Shown here piece by piece: positions 23,301-34,674 of a stretch of 64,000 nt of DNA. The notes under the pieces were generated by a model that was not told the origin of the DNA, searched no databases, and saw only the letters and a list, made by a program, of their open reading frames with translations. Positions within the stretch are counted from its first letter, which is position 1. Each line of letters starts with the position of its first letter. Origin of the DNA: Perkinsus olseni (taxonomy: Eukaryota); assembly GCA_013115125.1 (NCBI GenBank), contig JABANN010000088.1, positions 1 to 64,000 on the forward strand, read 5' to 3'. A program made the translations under genes and the position numbers.

Positions 23301-25715
23301 ATACAGGCTTCCTATCAGCTCGGGATGGACGAGGCGACAGAGTCTACCGGTGCACCATATGCGGCCCCTTCCCCGAGTACCCTTCACTGTCCGAGCTGGA
23401 AGCACACCTCTTCGACACCAATGCTGATGCAGCGCATAAGGAGCGATGGAAGCGATTCGAAAAGGAGATGATCACGGCCGGGAAGCCCCCAGACAGCAGT
23501 GCGTTGGTCGATTGGTGGCCTCCTTGAGGAGCTCCGAGTGATCGATATCTCAGGTACTATCGCACAGTGGAACGCGAGGTTCAACCATGCACGGCCGGGA
23601 TGCAAGATTCCTGTCACTAGTAACTCTAGGCGCTATACATGGGCGGTAAGGCTGGGTGGTGATTTGGGAGAGGGGAGGTATCGTCCTTAGACCCCACCTT
23701 ACCAAGCCACCCTTCGCCCCGTCAGCGTATGGGACCCTCCTTGTGATACGGCCCCTCGGCGGGAAGGGGCGATTCAACGGACTGCCAAGGCCAACGAGAA
23801 TACGCCTTGGCTTGCCCTCGCCCCTTCTGTCACTCGGTGAGTCGAACTCATCGACTGCATCGTCGAACCATTGCTTAGTTTTTAGGGAGAAGGGTCGACA
23901 GGACGTCTGCAATGCCTGGGATTTACGAAAGGACCGCGAATCGGAGAATGAAACTTTCTTGGGGCCTTCTCGTTTTACCTCACAAGTGACGTCTTCCATA
24001 ACGTAAATGCATAACGAATGCAGCGACTTGTGTTCACTGGAGTGGGGGCTCGAACCAGCACCCGAACAGCCATCACGTGCTTAGAAGCTACGCGCCAAGT
24101 TCCCCTCAGTAGTCTTATGGTCTTCGAAGTGTACGGTACCGTAGTTTGCCGCGGTCTATCGGTACTCTTGGGACAGCCGTGGTCCTCCCGTCATACAATG
24201 TGCCTCGAACCTTATCGTTGCCTTGTGATGCGCTCATCAGCCGTTACAAATAGGAGAATCTTAGGAGTGATAGGATTCCTCATCAGCTCTCAGCCGATGC
24301 ACGGAACCCATCACTCGCTGGTTCTTTGACTATGCGCCGCTCCCTGAATGGTCGACATCCCATTTTTCCTGCAGTGTTTTGATAGCCGCCTGCAGGATGT
24401 ATGCACCTCCTGGCTTCGAGCCTGCCCCCCCTCTTCCCCGGCCCCTCGACCCAACCCCTCTACCAGCACGGCCCCTCGACCCAACCCCTCTACCAGCACG
24501 GCCCCTCGACCCGACCCCCTTACCAGCACGGCCGCTACGTAGGAGCTGTGACAGAGCATATGACGAGCATCGCGGTGAGGAGCTGTCGAGGGTATTGTCA
24601 TTCTCACTGCCACTGCCTCAGATCCAGTGGCCCGCCGGCCCTTGCCTGTCGCACCTTATAGTCGGTACGCACCTCCCACCGAGACTAGGAAGGGCATTCC
24701 GTCCTCAGTGGAGAGGCGCAGATCTCAACCAGTGTATCGCCCTTGCAGCCCCCCAAGGGCCCGATCTCGTACTGGCCCAACGGGGGCTCTCATACCTCCT
24801 ATCGGGTATCGTGGTGTGGGGGAATGGCACTGCGGTGTGTGCGATGTGACAGCCTGGGACGAGGGAGCGTTCGAGCAGCACACCAGTGCGTTGATGATGC
24901 TGCTGCTGCTGCTGCTGCTGCTGCTGGCCTTGCTTTCACCCGTGCTGCTCTTGTAAGGTGGCAAGAAACACAAGAATGCGATGTGGTATTATGAAGAGGG
25001 TGCTGTGGCGGACGCGAAGCTTCCAGACTGTATCAAAGTAAGATCGAGTGTAGTGTGGTCGATGATGCCGACTGTTTCTTTCTAGTTATTACAGGATGGC
25101 TGCTACTACTGTGAATTCTGCGAAGCCAAGATGACCAGCCTCGGGTCAGTGCAAATGCATTTATCAGGGAAGAACCATATCAAGGTGAGTCAGTTCTGCT
25201 GCTCTTCTCCCATCAGGCCCGGGTATGTTTCAGGCCGAGAAGTACCTGGCAACCAATGCCCAGGGTATGCTTGTGCATGATACAGATTTCAGAGAACATT
25301 ACGTTCGCCAGTTTTACAAGGATGGTACACCAGCTGAGTTTGGCATCGTCCCGCGAGGTACGTCGCATTGTGGTCTCACCGTATCTTTTAGTCGGCCCAC
25401 TCGACCACAGGCATTGCACCTTCCCACTGGGCGGAGGTACTCCATTGTCCACTATGCGACCAGAAACCAGCGACGTGGGGCAGCTGGTCATCTCATTGTA
25501 GCAGCAAGCGACACATGTCGCGAGTGGAGGAGTTGAGCAGCCAATACTACTGCTATTGGATAAGACTCAACTCGGGCGGGGTGAGATCCACTAGGGTTGC
25601 ATTCATTGCTCACTGGTCAAGTGATCAGGTGGAGTACTTCTTCGATTTGGTTACTGGGTTATGGCAAACTCAGAGGCCTCTAGAGATGGATGTCCCGAGG
25701 GCAGTAGCTAACTAA
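20398..25715 (+). CDS. Pro/Gln-rich multi-zinc-finger protein (U1/matrin-type fingers, C-terminal WW-like motif); may be two genes
   Basis: P/Q-rich N-terminus; CHICG..CLKC..CDKPEC..CLHC; YRCTICGP...EAH; WHCGVCDVTAWDEGAFEQH..GKKH; YYCEFCEAKMTSLGSVQMHLSGKNH; YFFDLVTGLWQTQRP. Confidence 0.6.
24441..24533 (+). repeat. Coding 30-bp tandem repeat x3 (RPLDPTPLPA)
   Basis: gcccctcgacccaacccctctaccagcacg repeated three times with minor changes. Confidence 0.9.
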
Positions 25716-26068
25716 GCACGTTTTTCTAACTTCTCTAAGTTGTTTGTTGTCTTCGAAGTCGAGTGAAGTTGACGCAAAAAAAGCAGCTAGATGAGTGGCT
25801 ATGCCGAACGCACCTCTCACTCGTGCATATCGTCTCGCCGAGAGGTGGATGCAGTCTATTCATCAGCTGCCGCTAGTAGCAACACACGTCGTTGCCCAGG
25901 TTGCGTATGGGTTGGATCTGAGTTTTCTCCCCGCCTTCCTTCAGTCTCACAGTGTTGGTGCTTCCGAGTTCTTCAGTATTTGAAACTCCCACTCCACCCG
26001 CGAACTGAAATGCATCGCTTTCGGCAGTGGAAACGTTGCAGTAAGTTGCTATTGACTGCGACTGTCGA

Positions 26069-28041
26069 TCAATCTTCATCTTCATCAATCCCCATTCCGG
26101 CGAGCTTCACAGCGCCCTCGTAAGTCTTGGCGCCTCCAATGAACCCACTAGCATGGACCTACCGGCTCAAGCATTCTATAGCGAGCGACGACGCCAACGA
26201 GAGCTTACAAAAATAAGTCCATCAATTCCAGCCAGTTTGGATAGGTCTTCGTCACGGACTCCTCGGAAGCGCGATGGCAGGGGTTTTCGAGAGAGGAAAT
26301 TATGCCCTTCAACCTGAGTCAACAGACACTTGGTTTGAACACAACGTTACGGCACGGCATCGAGAAGGCACACCAACATGACCGAGCACATATATTCCGT
26401 CAGCCCCCGCAGATCACGAACATTCAGCAGCACCCGATGACAACTTCCGTACATGGACGGCTGATGCGAAGCCTATGCACCGACCGGCCCTTCATCGTGT
26501 GAGCGTGGCGGTGTGTTGGTTATGAGATAGATGCTCACTGACCTATCTCAGTCACGAAAGCAGCGAAATGCCTAGAATCACGACGTCATTGGGGGAACTC
26601 CAGAATGACTTATACAGTAGCGCATAATCGTCGCTATCCCAGACAGCTTACACCAACCGCTTGCACTCGGTACCCTCCGGTGGCATCAGAATAAATAACA
26701 TACAAAATACCTGTCAAACGACACATCTCGAAGGAACGAAGGCAGGGGCATTTGTTGACATACTCGAACTGTCGGCTTTACGCTTAGTAGCGTCGCCATT
26801 CTTCGAAGCTTCGGTGGCCAACCCCTTCTCGCGCTCGATTTCGAAGATGTGCTCCGCGAAAGGGCACCCATGAGAGAGGTGAATTACTCGTCCTGAGGGA
26901 TGGACCTGACCAAAGGAATAGGAGACGGCACTGCTGGGCTGTGTCTACTTCGAATCTTTTCTCGATAGCTTCCTCCACGATATCCCTTGCCGGTATGAAG
27001 CTGAGCAGGATGGTATCCACTTGCGCCGACAACTCCTCCTCACATACCGCCATCGCTTGCCTACCCAAGACTCAGAAAATTCCCTTCAGAGATTTTGTAC
27101 GCGAGTTTACCTGAAACGCTCAACTTCCATTTCCGGGGTGACATCAGCTTCATTCCATCTCGGATTTCTGCGGCTCACACGAGAAGCCAGATCAGTGAAT
27201 ACGCGGTACCTGGCAGGTATCCTCTTGCAAAAGAAGGACACGCATCGGCATTCCTACCTCGCCGCTTCTTCTGCTATCGGAACGCCATTATCGATCGCGT
27301 CCACGGACTCTGAGGGGATGCACATCATCAGGCTTCGCTACTCATTTCCAGATCACATACCAATGAAGTCGTTGTAGAGCTTCTTGTAGAGTATGTCCAG
27401 CTTCCTGTCATCAGCAACATCATAGGCACTGCGAAGCATCTGACGACCAAAGTACCTAAAGAAACTCGTAGATAGCAACCAAGAGCGTCGCTGTCGATTA
27501 TTACTTGTATACTAAGCCGGCGCTGCTGAGTTTCGATACTCTGTTGTCGTCATCGAATCTCTCAGTAAAGGTCCGCTGATGATGATCGAATCGGCGCCGA
27601 GCTGGGTCTGGTGGGGAGAGCGTTGCTGATGCTCACAAAACGAGAGCCTCCTACCGAACTCAGCCCCAACGTCGATTACAATATCGGCTTTGCTAATGAC
27701 CTCTGGGTTCCGCGTCCTCACCAGATCTGACATAAGAGTGATTCGCCATCGGCGACTTGACTTCTCGGATCGAAGCGGCATAAGCATTCCCTCATCGAAA
27801 CAATTCGGACGCTAGCCGGCGGCTTCGCCTGATGTTCTCGAAAACCACGGTTAGAGCGAACACGCAAGCCACGCTTATTGGAACAAGCCATAAACCAATC
27901 GCGATCCCGAGTACTGTAGTTCTTGGGCCCTCCTAGAATCTTGTCGAGCATGACGGTACCGAGTACCTCATCGCAGTGGAACTTGCCACTATGGGTGGCG
28001 ATGGTAACAGGTCGTATAGACGGTAGTGTAGCGGATGCCAT
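26069..28041 (-). CDS. MYG1: MYG1/UPF0160 family exonuclease, multi-exon
   Basis: TIATHSGKFHCDEV; LVRTRNPEVISKADIVIDVG; RFDHHQRTF; KLSSAGLVYK; VDAIDNGV; SRKPLPSRFRGVRDEDLSKLAGIDGLIF|VHASGFIGGAKTYEGAVKLA. Confidence 0.93.
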
Positions 28042-28559
28042 TATGGGAGAAGAGAGTATCGACTGAGGCGGTGTACCATCCGTCAAATACGTCTGAGAGC
28101 CGTCGAGTTCAACTCGCGCACACAGCCTGCGTCACGCAGGCCCGCCCCTCCGAGAGCCGTTCACGACGTGACAGAGCCGGTTGCATATTAGGCAAGGCCA
28201 GAGGCCTCCAGCTCAACGACAACCTCGGCCCTGGATACTGCAGACTCCGTCGAATGCGCCTCTTAAAGTGAGCCTCCACTCTAAGCGGCGCATTCCGGCG
28301 GAGTCTGTGGAGAATGTGGCAGAACCCCTGAACAGCTTCAAGGTCTTCAGATTTCGCAACGGGTGATCGACCACGGATCCTCCGGTCTTCATCCTGCCGC
28401 GCCAGCCACCGGGTGCTGGAAAGTCGTGACACGTCGATGAGCGTGGATGATGTATACAGTTTCAGTGGTTCACTGCAAATTCCCTCCCCGAAAGCAAGGA
28501 TGATAGGCTTTGCTTGATAAATTTGATGAAAGTTGGCCCACATTTCAGCTTCCCATCGA

Positions 28560-29000
28560 ACCCTCAGTTAATGAGGTAGCGGGTCTGGCCGGCCGACCAG
28601 CTCGGGTGATCTGCCTGCCTGAGGATAAGGCAGTCGTTGATTAGTCTTGGGACTCTAGGCTCAGTTATAGGAGTAAGAGAAGAGGCTGGTCCCACTGGAT
28701 ACTTGGCAGAGCCGAGTAGCCCGTAAAGTCGTTCCTTGAAGGATTGGAGATTCCATGGTACACAGGGTCTACGACGCGACCCGGCCTTCCAGCTCCTGCT
28801 AGCTACAGTCGCCGGTCATTGGTGATGATCAGTCGACTCCCCTCCCGGAATACTCCACCGGGAGAAATCAAGAGATCTTCAAGTTGTTAGTTACACCCTT
28901 TATGAGCATCATACTCTCTCCAGGGGGAAAGTAGACAGGCTACTAGGCTGTCTACTGTCCCCACAGGTCCCCAAAGCTGAGCCTTCCGAGGGGGTGCCAT
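28560..29000 (-). mobile_element. Possible decayed non-LTR retrotransposon (APE endonuclease end) fragment
   Basis: Stop-interrupted frame ...QLEDLLIS...ESTDHH...RRRPCVPWNLQSFKERL, loosely matching the APE 'IDYIL...SDH' motifs and the W..F linker. Confidence 0.22.
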
Positions 29001-29285
29001 GGACAGCGCCGGGACTCCCAACCCCCACGTAGTGCTCATTCGCCCGCAAGGTGCAGTCGTTGCTTGGCAATCACCGAATCGAGGGGCCTGATCCACGTCC
29101 AGGATGTAGCATCCTCACTCAAATCCGTTCCACGGCGGGAAGACGAGCATGCGTGCAAAATCTAAGCTAGCGGGACACGGCTCCCAGTCGCTACGGGGAT
29201 GCAGGGGATCGGAACCAGCAGACTTGAATCATCCGCTGAGCGACAATACCCACCTTATCAATTCAGTTAGTTAGCCGGCCTAGCC

Positions 29286-30710
29286 ATGGCCATGCGTTCG
29301 GCTTTCCTATTGACGATCTTCCTGTATGTTGTGGCTCTTGGTGAAGGTCTGTCCAACCGTACGCTGGTTATGATCTCTCATCGGGGTGTTCCACTCGACA
29401 TCCGTCAAGTACCTCTCATGGTGGCACAGGCCGCCGCTGCCTCTGGTGGAAGGGTGCGCTCCCTCACTCAAGAGGACCGTGACTGTGAACAATGCTTTGC
29501 ACAAGATGGGATGATCCATGACTTGACCGCGGTTGGGGTGCAAATTGTGGACTCTGAATGCTCGGCGAGTTACGGTCAAATAGTAAACTATCTTGAAAAG
29601 GCCAAAGATTTGACGGGCATCGCTTTTGTTTGCGAGCCCGACTTCAAGGTCTCCCGCAATCCGGTCCCCAGGCGAGTTCTGCCAAGCAAGGTCCTAGAAT
29701 TGAATTGTACAGGTGGCAATTCTGTGTTGGGTACCAACGACCCCAAGTCTTCCTGTCAGAGCAACCTCGAGGTTATCCGTATCGGTGCCGCCTGGGCAGT
29801 AGCTCGAGCAGCCAAGCAGAAGTTTAAGGACATCGTATTGGCCATCAGCGACACCGGGGTTGATATGACCCATCCGGATCTTGTCAACCAATTCTGGAAA
29901 GACCCAGCTGACGGCTCCATCGGGCACAACTTCATCACGAAGACTAGCGATGTGACTGACGACAATGGCCATGGTACTCACTGCGCCGGCAACGCGGCGG
30001 CCCAGACTAACAATACTCTTGGTATTGCTGGAGTGGCGAACGTCAACGGTCCAGCGCCCAATGTGAAGCTGATGATACTCAAGTTTCTGAATGCAGAAGG
30101 ATCCGGGTACTCCAGCGACGCATTGAGCGCTCTCAACTACGCGGTGGAACATGGAGCGGCGATATCCTCTCATTCTTACGGCGCATATTACGCGAGTCAG
30201 GTCTTCGAGGATGCGTTCAAGAACGCCGCCGCTGCCAACCATGTTGCGGTTGTTGCTGCTGGTAATGACGCGTCTACTTTGGACCAGGTACCCATGTATC
30301 CGTGCAGCTTTGCCGAGGACATCCCATCTATGCTCTGCGTTGCCGCCAGTACTTCGGCCACAAAAGATATCAAGCTGGCCTACTTCTCTAACGCTGGCAC
30401 CGTTACCAAGATTGCCGCTCCAGGTCTCGATATCAACTCGACATACCCTGGTGGATACGCTTCTTTGAGTGGCACATCGATGTCCACTCCTACAGTTGCT
30501 GGTGCTGCGGCCTTAGTGGCTACACTAGGTCCAAAAGGTCAGGAGATAACGGACGCTATTATCAAGTCTAAGACCGCTGGTATACCCAATGACTTCAACC
30601 TAGCTAATATCGGGGAATTGGACGCTCTGAACGCAGTCCACGTGGCCCTTGGACAACCTACTAGCCCGCCCAGGCCATCGAAGCATCCCGGAAGGGTCCG
30701 TGGCTTCTAG
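29286..30710 (+). CDS. Subtilisin-like serine protease (S8), copy 1, secreted, no hydrophobic C-tail
   Basis: Signal peptide; catalytic triad ISDTG, HGTHCAG, GTSMS; oxyanion-hole AAGN; intronless. Confidence 0.95.
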   Translation: MAMRSAFLLTIFLYVVALGEGLSNRTLVMISHRGVPLDIRQVPLMVAQAAAASGGRVRSLTQEDRDCEQCFAQDGMIHDLTAVGVQIVDSECSASYGQIVNYLEKAKDLTGIAFVCEPDFKVSRNPVPRRVLPSKVLELNCTGGNSVLGTNDPKSSCQSNLEVIRIGAAWAVARAAKQKFKDIVLAISDTGVDMTHPDLVNQFWKDPADGSIGHNFITKTSDVTDDNGHGTHCAGNAAAQTNNTLGIAGVANVNGPAPNVKLMILKFLNAEGSGYSSDALSALNYAVEHGAAISSHSYGAYYASQVFEDAFKNAAAANHVAVVAAGNDASTLDQVPMYPCSFAEDIPSMLCVAASTSATKDIKLAYFSNAGTVTKIAAPGLDINSTYPGGYASLSGTSMSTPTVAGAAALVATLGPKGQEITDAIIKSKTAGIPNDFNLANIGELDALNAVHVALGQPTSPPRPSKHPGRVRGF

Positions 30711-31390
30711 TATTCTTGAACTCTTATTATATTGGACCGACTCAGCGATGAACTCTTGACGGATTGGTCAGACACATTGATCGATGTCGCTCACATCATG
30801 TCGGTATTGAGTCCATTGTATTGAGCCTTGGACAGCCAAACAGCTGCCCAGGGTATATGATTAATCCGAGATCCCAATCTATTCCAAACTATTATACTCC
30901 TCCATTCAGGACGCATCTATTCCATAAGATGTGCTGTAAAAGCTGAAGCATGGCGTTCTTAGGAGGCCAGTTCTGAGTTCACTCTCATCGAATGAAGTAC
31001 ACCTTGCTATGAGTCCATTTAGCATAGTATTCAAAGCCTTCTACCGGGAGTAACGAGGCATTATCTCTACTTCCATGTCGCGTTCACATAAGTGATAGGG
31101 AGCTACGCGACAATCAACTGCCTGGGATCCAGAGGAAGGGAAGTTGAACCCCATTGCATGCACCGTATGCCCACGTGCTCGATCGGATACGCCTCGTGGA
31201 CAAAGGACCGACCGCTGATAGTCAGGGAGTCAATCTCCGAATAGATAACGGATGCTTTGGAAGTGAATGCGCATGTTGAAAAGTATGATGGGGTTCTGGA
31301 GAGTATCGCAGAAGAGGATTCTGATGAGGAAGCCACGCGAGCCATGAGAATTCAGTGGAACAGAGACAAATCCTCTGTTGTCAAGACAAT

Positions 31391-31895
31391 GTTCAGGCGG
31401 CCTGAATCAGGCCTGCACAGGACCTCCTAAGCCTGAATCAGGCTTAAGAGGTTGCCCGTAAGCTCATTACACGGCGTAGAGTGCTGAGCATCCCTAATCG
31501 AGGTATCGTACGATGGTAGCAGTCAACACGCGAAAGCGGTACGTTAGTGTCGCGGCGTGACACGGCGTCCCGGCGAGGAAAGCCGGGCCAGCTGCGGCTA
31601 CCACCCGCAGCGCAAGCAGATTGTGTGAAAGTCTCACACAATCTCAGACGTGAGACGTCACCATGCGGCAGGCTTAACTAGGCGACGAAGGACTCTGCCC
31701 TCCGTTCATATCTCCAGGAGAGAACGCACTGGCGAGGTGACAGAACAGACAGTACACTTGCGAGGTGACACTTTCTCTCCTAACTTGACCGCGAGGCCAA
31801 CAGAAATCCCATGTGTACCGGAGGAAAAAGTGGTTCGTCTACCAGCGTGCGACACGCTAGAGTTTTAGTCAACCTACTCGAGCAGTGCTCGACTA
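31391..31895 (+). other. Hairpin/palindrome-dense intergenic element (structured ncRNA or mobile-element end)
   Basis: More than ten stems, including acctcctaagcctga-a-tcaggcttaagaggt, cgc-gaaa-gcg, cccggc-7nt-gccggg, gctgcgg-7nt-ccgcagc, the 11-bp agattgtgtga/tcacacaatct and aggagagaa/ttctctcct. Confidence 0.6.
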
Positions 31896-32253
31896 GCTCA
31901 ACTGTGCAATATTCTGAAATCCATGCTAACCAACTTACACAAACCGCACTCGATACCCAAAGGTCTCGCAAGAATATATACAAGAAACCTACCTGACAAG
32001 AGGATGCCAGTGACAGCACTTGCGCTAAATCTCCTTGAACAACTTAGAACCCCGTCCCTCCACCTGCCGCTCGCTCAGGCCTCTGCTGTAAGCAATTCTG
32101 ACTCTTGGCGCGGCGTTACCAATGCAGATGGCATTCTGCGGGAAGAAAGAAGCCAATGCACCGCAGCTACCAAAGATGAAAATTGCCCAATAGACTGGCA
32201 ACACCAGACGGTTGAATGATTATCAGAAACAAGCAGTTTTCATGCCTCCCTTA

Positions 32254-33491
32254 TCACCACTTAGCATTCCAGCTAAGAGATTCCCGATGACTTATCTCAG
32301 TTCGACGACCATCCGTTACGAGACGGCGAGGTTCCGGTGGAAGATTGTAGATATGATACGGGCTTTCATCACCACGTTTACGGGCTGAGTAAATTGAAGA
32401 CATACTCTCATTGATACTGGAGGATTGTCGGCTACCCTCTTTCTCAGCAATGACATCTGCCTCTCTTTGATCATGCGGCATACTCACGTACCAAGATACA
32501 TAAATATTCCACAGGAGAGAGCAACAACCATGGAAAAAGTTGCGCATGTGGGGAGCCATTATCAGGTAGTTGAAAGTTTGGCAGAGTGGTATCACAATAA
32601 GGGAGTCTCGGTACCTATCATATTGAAAGCCGAATGAATCGACAACGGCGTGGATCCTTAGTCCAGACATCGTCTACCGTGTGGCGGGTTACGGCGCCAG
32701 AATCCACCCAGGCTCCAAAATCACCTATTTCATAACCGATCAGAAGCGTTGTCCGAAACCTAACTTTCCCCAAGCCAATACTAACATCTCTGGTACTATC
32801 AGAGAGACTCCCGAAAGCGCCCAAAGGTTTCGAGGAGAATATTATGAATGTGTCTCAAGAACCATATCCTAGACTCATGCGTACTAGACGAGCGACACTG
32901 GCCGAATGCACCGTACAGTAGTGGCCAATCCTCCATTATCCGGACCAGCGTATGGTCAGGGTTGGGATATCGTCCCCAGGCGTTGAAGCCGATAAGGGAT
33001 GCAAAGTAACTGGACCGGACATAACAGTGGCACCGCGTCCACCATCTCACATTGGGGTCAGCGTGACCATCTCCGTGGCAAGCTTTGTGAGCCACCACTT
33101 CCTCCCCGGAAGTCGGGGCTCAAGCACGAACGCCCATAGACTGTTCAATGGCAACTGATATGCTCCAATGAATGGTGTAAGGAGTGGTACGGTTTACCAT
33201 ACACACGCTGCCCGCTGCAGCGAATATAAAGGCTCTATCCCAGTCCGGCTCCTCGATCCTCCCTGTGGTCAGCCATTGAGCACATACGTCCGATCCACCC
33301 ATAATGACGAAGGAATAGACTGACCACGACATGGCCACCTTCATGCCCCCTCGCCCAACACTACATGTGCGTCGCCCAATTGCCTTCATCTTATCCACAT
33401 TCTCGGGAGTGCCGAGCCGCTGTCGCAGCAGTACCGACCATCGACCAAATGACCGCAATGTTCGCCGCGTCGTACGAGGCAGAGAAGCCAT
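32254..33491 (-). CDS. Mpv17/PMP22 family membrane protein, multi-exon
   Basis: FVIMGGSDVCAQWL...DWDRAFIFAAAG; TKLATEM; IPLCQTFNYLIMAPHMRNFFHGCCSLLWNIYVSW. Confidence 0.8.
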
Positions 33492-34674
33492 GCTGTTGAA
33501 TAATCGGTGGGCAACGGAAACACACTGAGGAAATGCAAGATTGCGCGAGAGAGCAAGATGGCGAATCGGTGGCCGACAAAGAAACAACAGTGAATTGCAC
33601 AGAATGTGTAAGGAAGTGAATCAAGTCCATGAGATGACGCAGTACGATCAGCTCCTGCGAGTCCATGCCACTAACAGTGGAGCTCAGGTGGAAACAGCGC
33701 GTGGAAGGCGAGATGAAATCAGCACAGGAATGGGAGGACAACTGGTCATTCCTAGTGTGAGTCAGAAAGTAATAGTGTTGGCGTTGAAACTAAAGATTTA
33801 GGAAGAAGGAAACGAGACAGGCCAGCGAAGTGGGCCAACCCACAGGAGCAAGCGGTGGTGAGTCATCACTGAACCCGATAAAGAGCATTGGGGATGCTAC
33901 TGCCAACGACCTCGAGCGATGCAAAGTAAGTATGGTTATGTTAATTATGCCAAATCCTTGTGGTAACCTCAGCACATGCAGCGACTGCCTCCAAAAGCGA
34001 AGTACTTCCGTCCTCTCACGACCCAACAGGAGTTGGGCTGGCGACCACCAATCGAGCTCTTCGGCACGGATCTAGGCCATAACATACAGAGGAACGATGA
34101 GCTGTGGGCCGACTGAGGCCACATTGCCCATGATGGTGCTTGATGTCAACAGAGAGAAGACGTGTTGTGCTCGTCACACAGGAAGGGAAGACTCGCCTCG
34201 CCGAGGCACGGCTGATAACACCCGTGCCCGGTAACTGGTATCTCATCTTCGGCATAGCTCAGCCGGGCGGTTAGAACTGCTGCGCCGCAGCAGCATAAAT
34301 CCTTCTGGGAGACAATTGCCATACGTCACGATATTGCGTGTCTCGAACACAAGGCATGAATGGCAAACTGGAAATGTTATTTTTTCTCCTTCCACGCCCC
34401 GGGCTGTTCCTTGTGACCAGTCCAGACATCACGTAACTGATGACTCCAAGACCTGCCTTTACGCCCGCCGCTTGCAGCATTCGCCTGATCATCAATGACA
34501 AGTTTAACAGAGACTATACGATAAGCAAGTACTTCTTCGTTGCCTACAGGTGGTACATCGGTTACAGGCTTCGTTGGCCCAACAGGGTTGGCATGAGGTA
34601 ACTTAGGAACGACCTTCTTCAAGGCATCGTTATCTGCAGTAAGATAAGAGCATACCATTGATCCCTTTCCCACG

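Noticed and set aside
24441-24533. CRISPR-like array
   Set aside because: Head-to-tail 30-bp coding repeat with no spacers; eukaryotic context.
31318-31360. Hammerhead ribozyme core (ctgatga)
   Set aside because: No stem II followed by GAAA.
31569-31810. RNase P/MRP RNA or group II intron domain V (gaggaaagccgggc, gtgaaagtc, caacagaaa)
   Set aside because: Conserved regions are in the wrong order, the first motif is locked in a local hairpin, and there is no DV bulge. Left as unidentified structure.
34248-34280. tRNA 5' half/A-box (tagctcagccgg) as partner of the 36396 fragment
   Set aside because: The preceding 7 nt do not pair with tgagggc, and there is no D-stem or anticodon stem.
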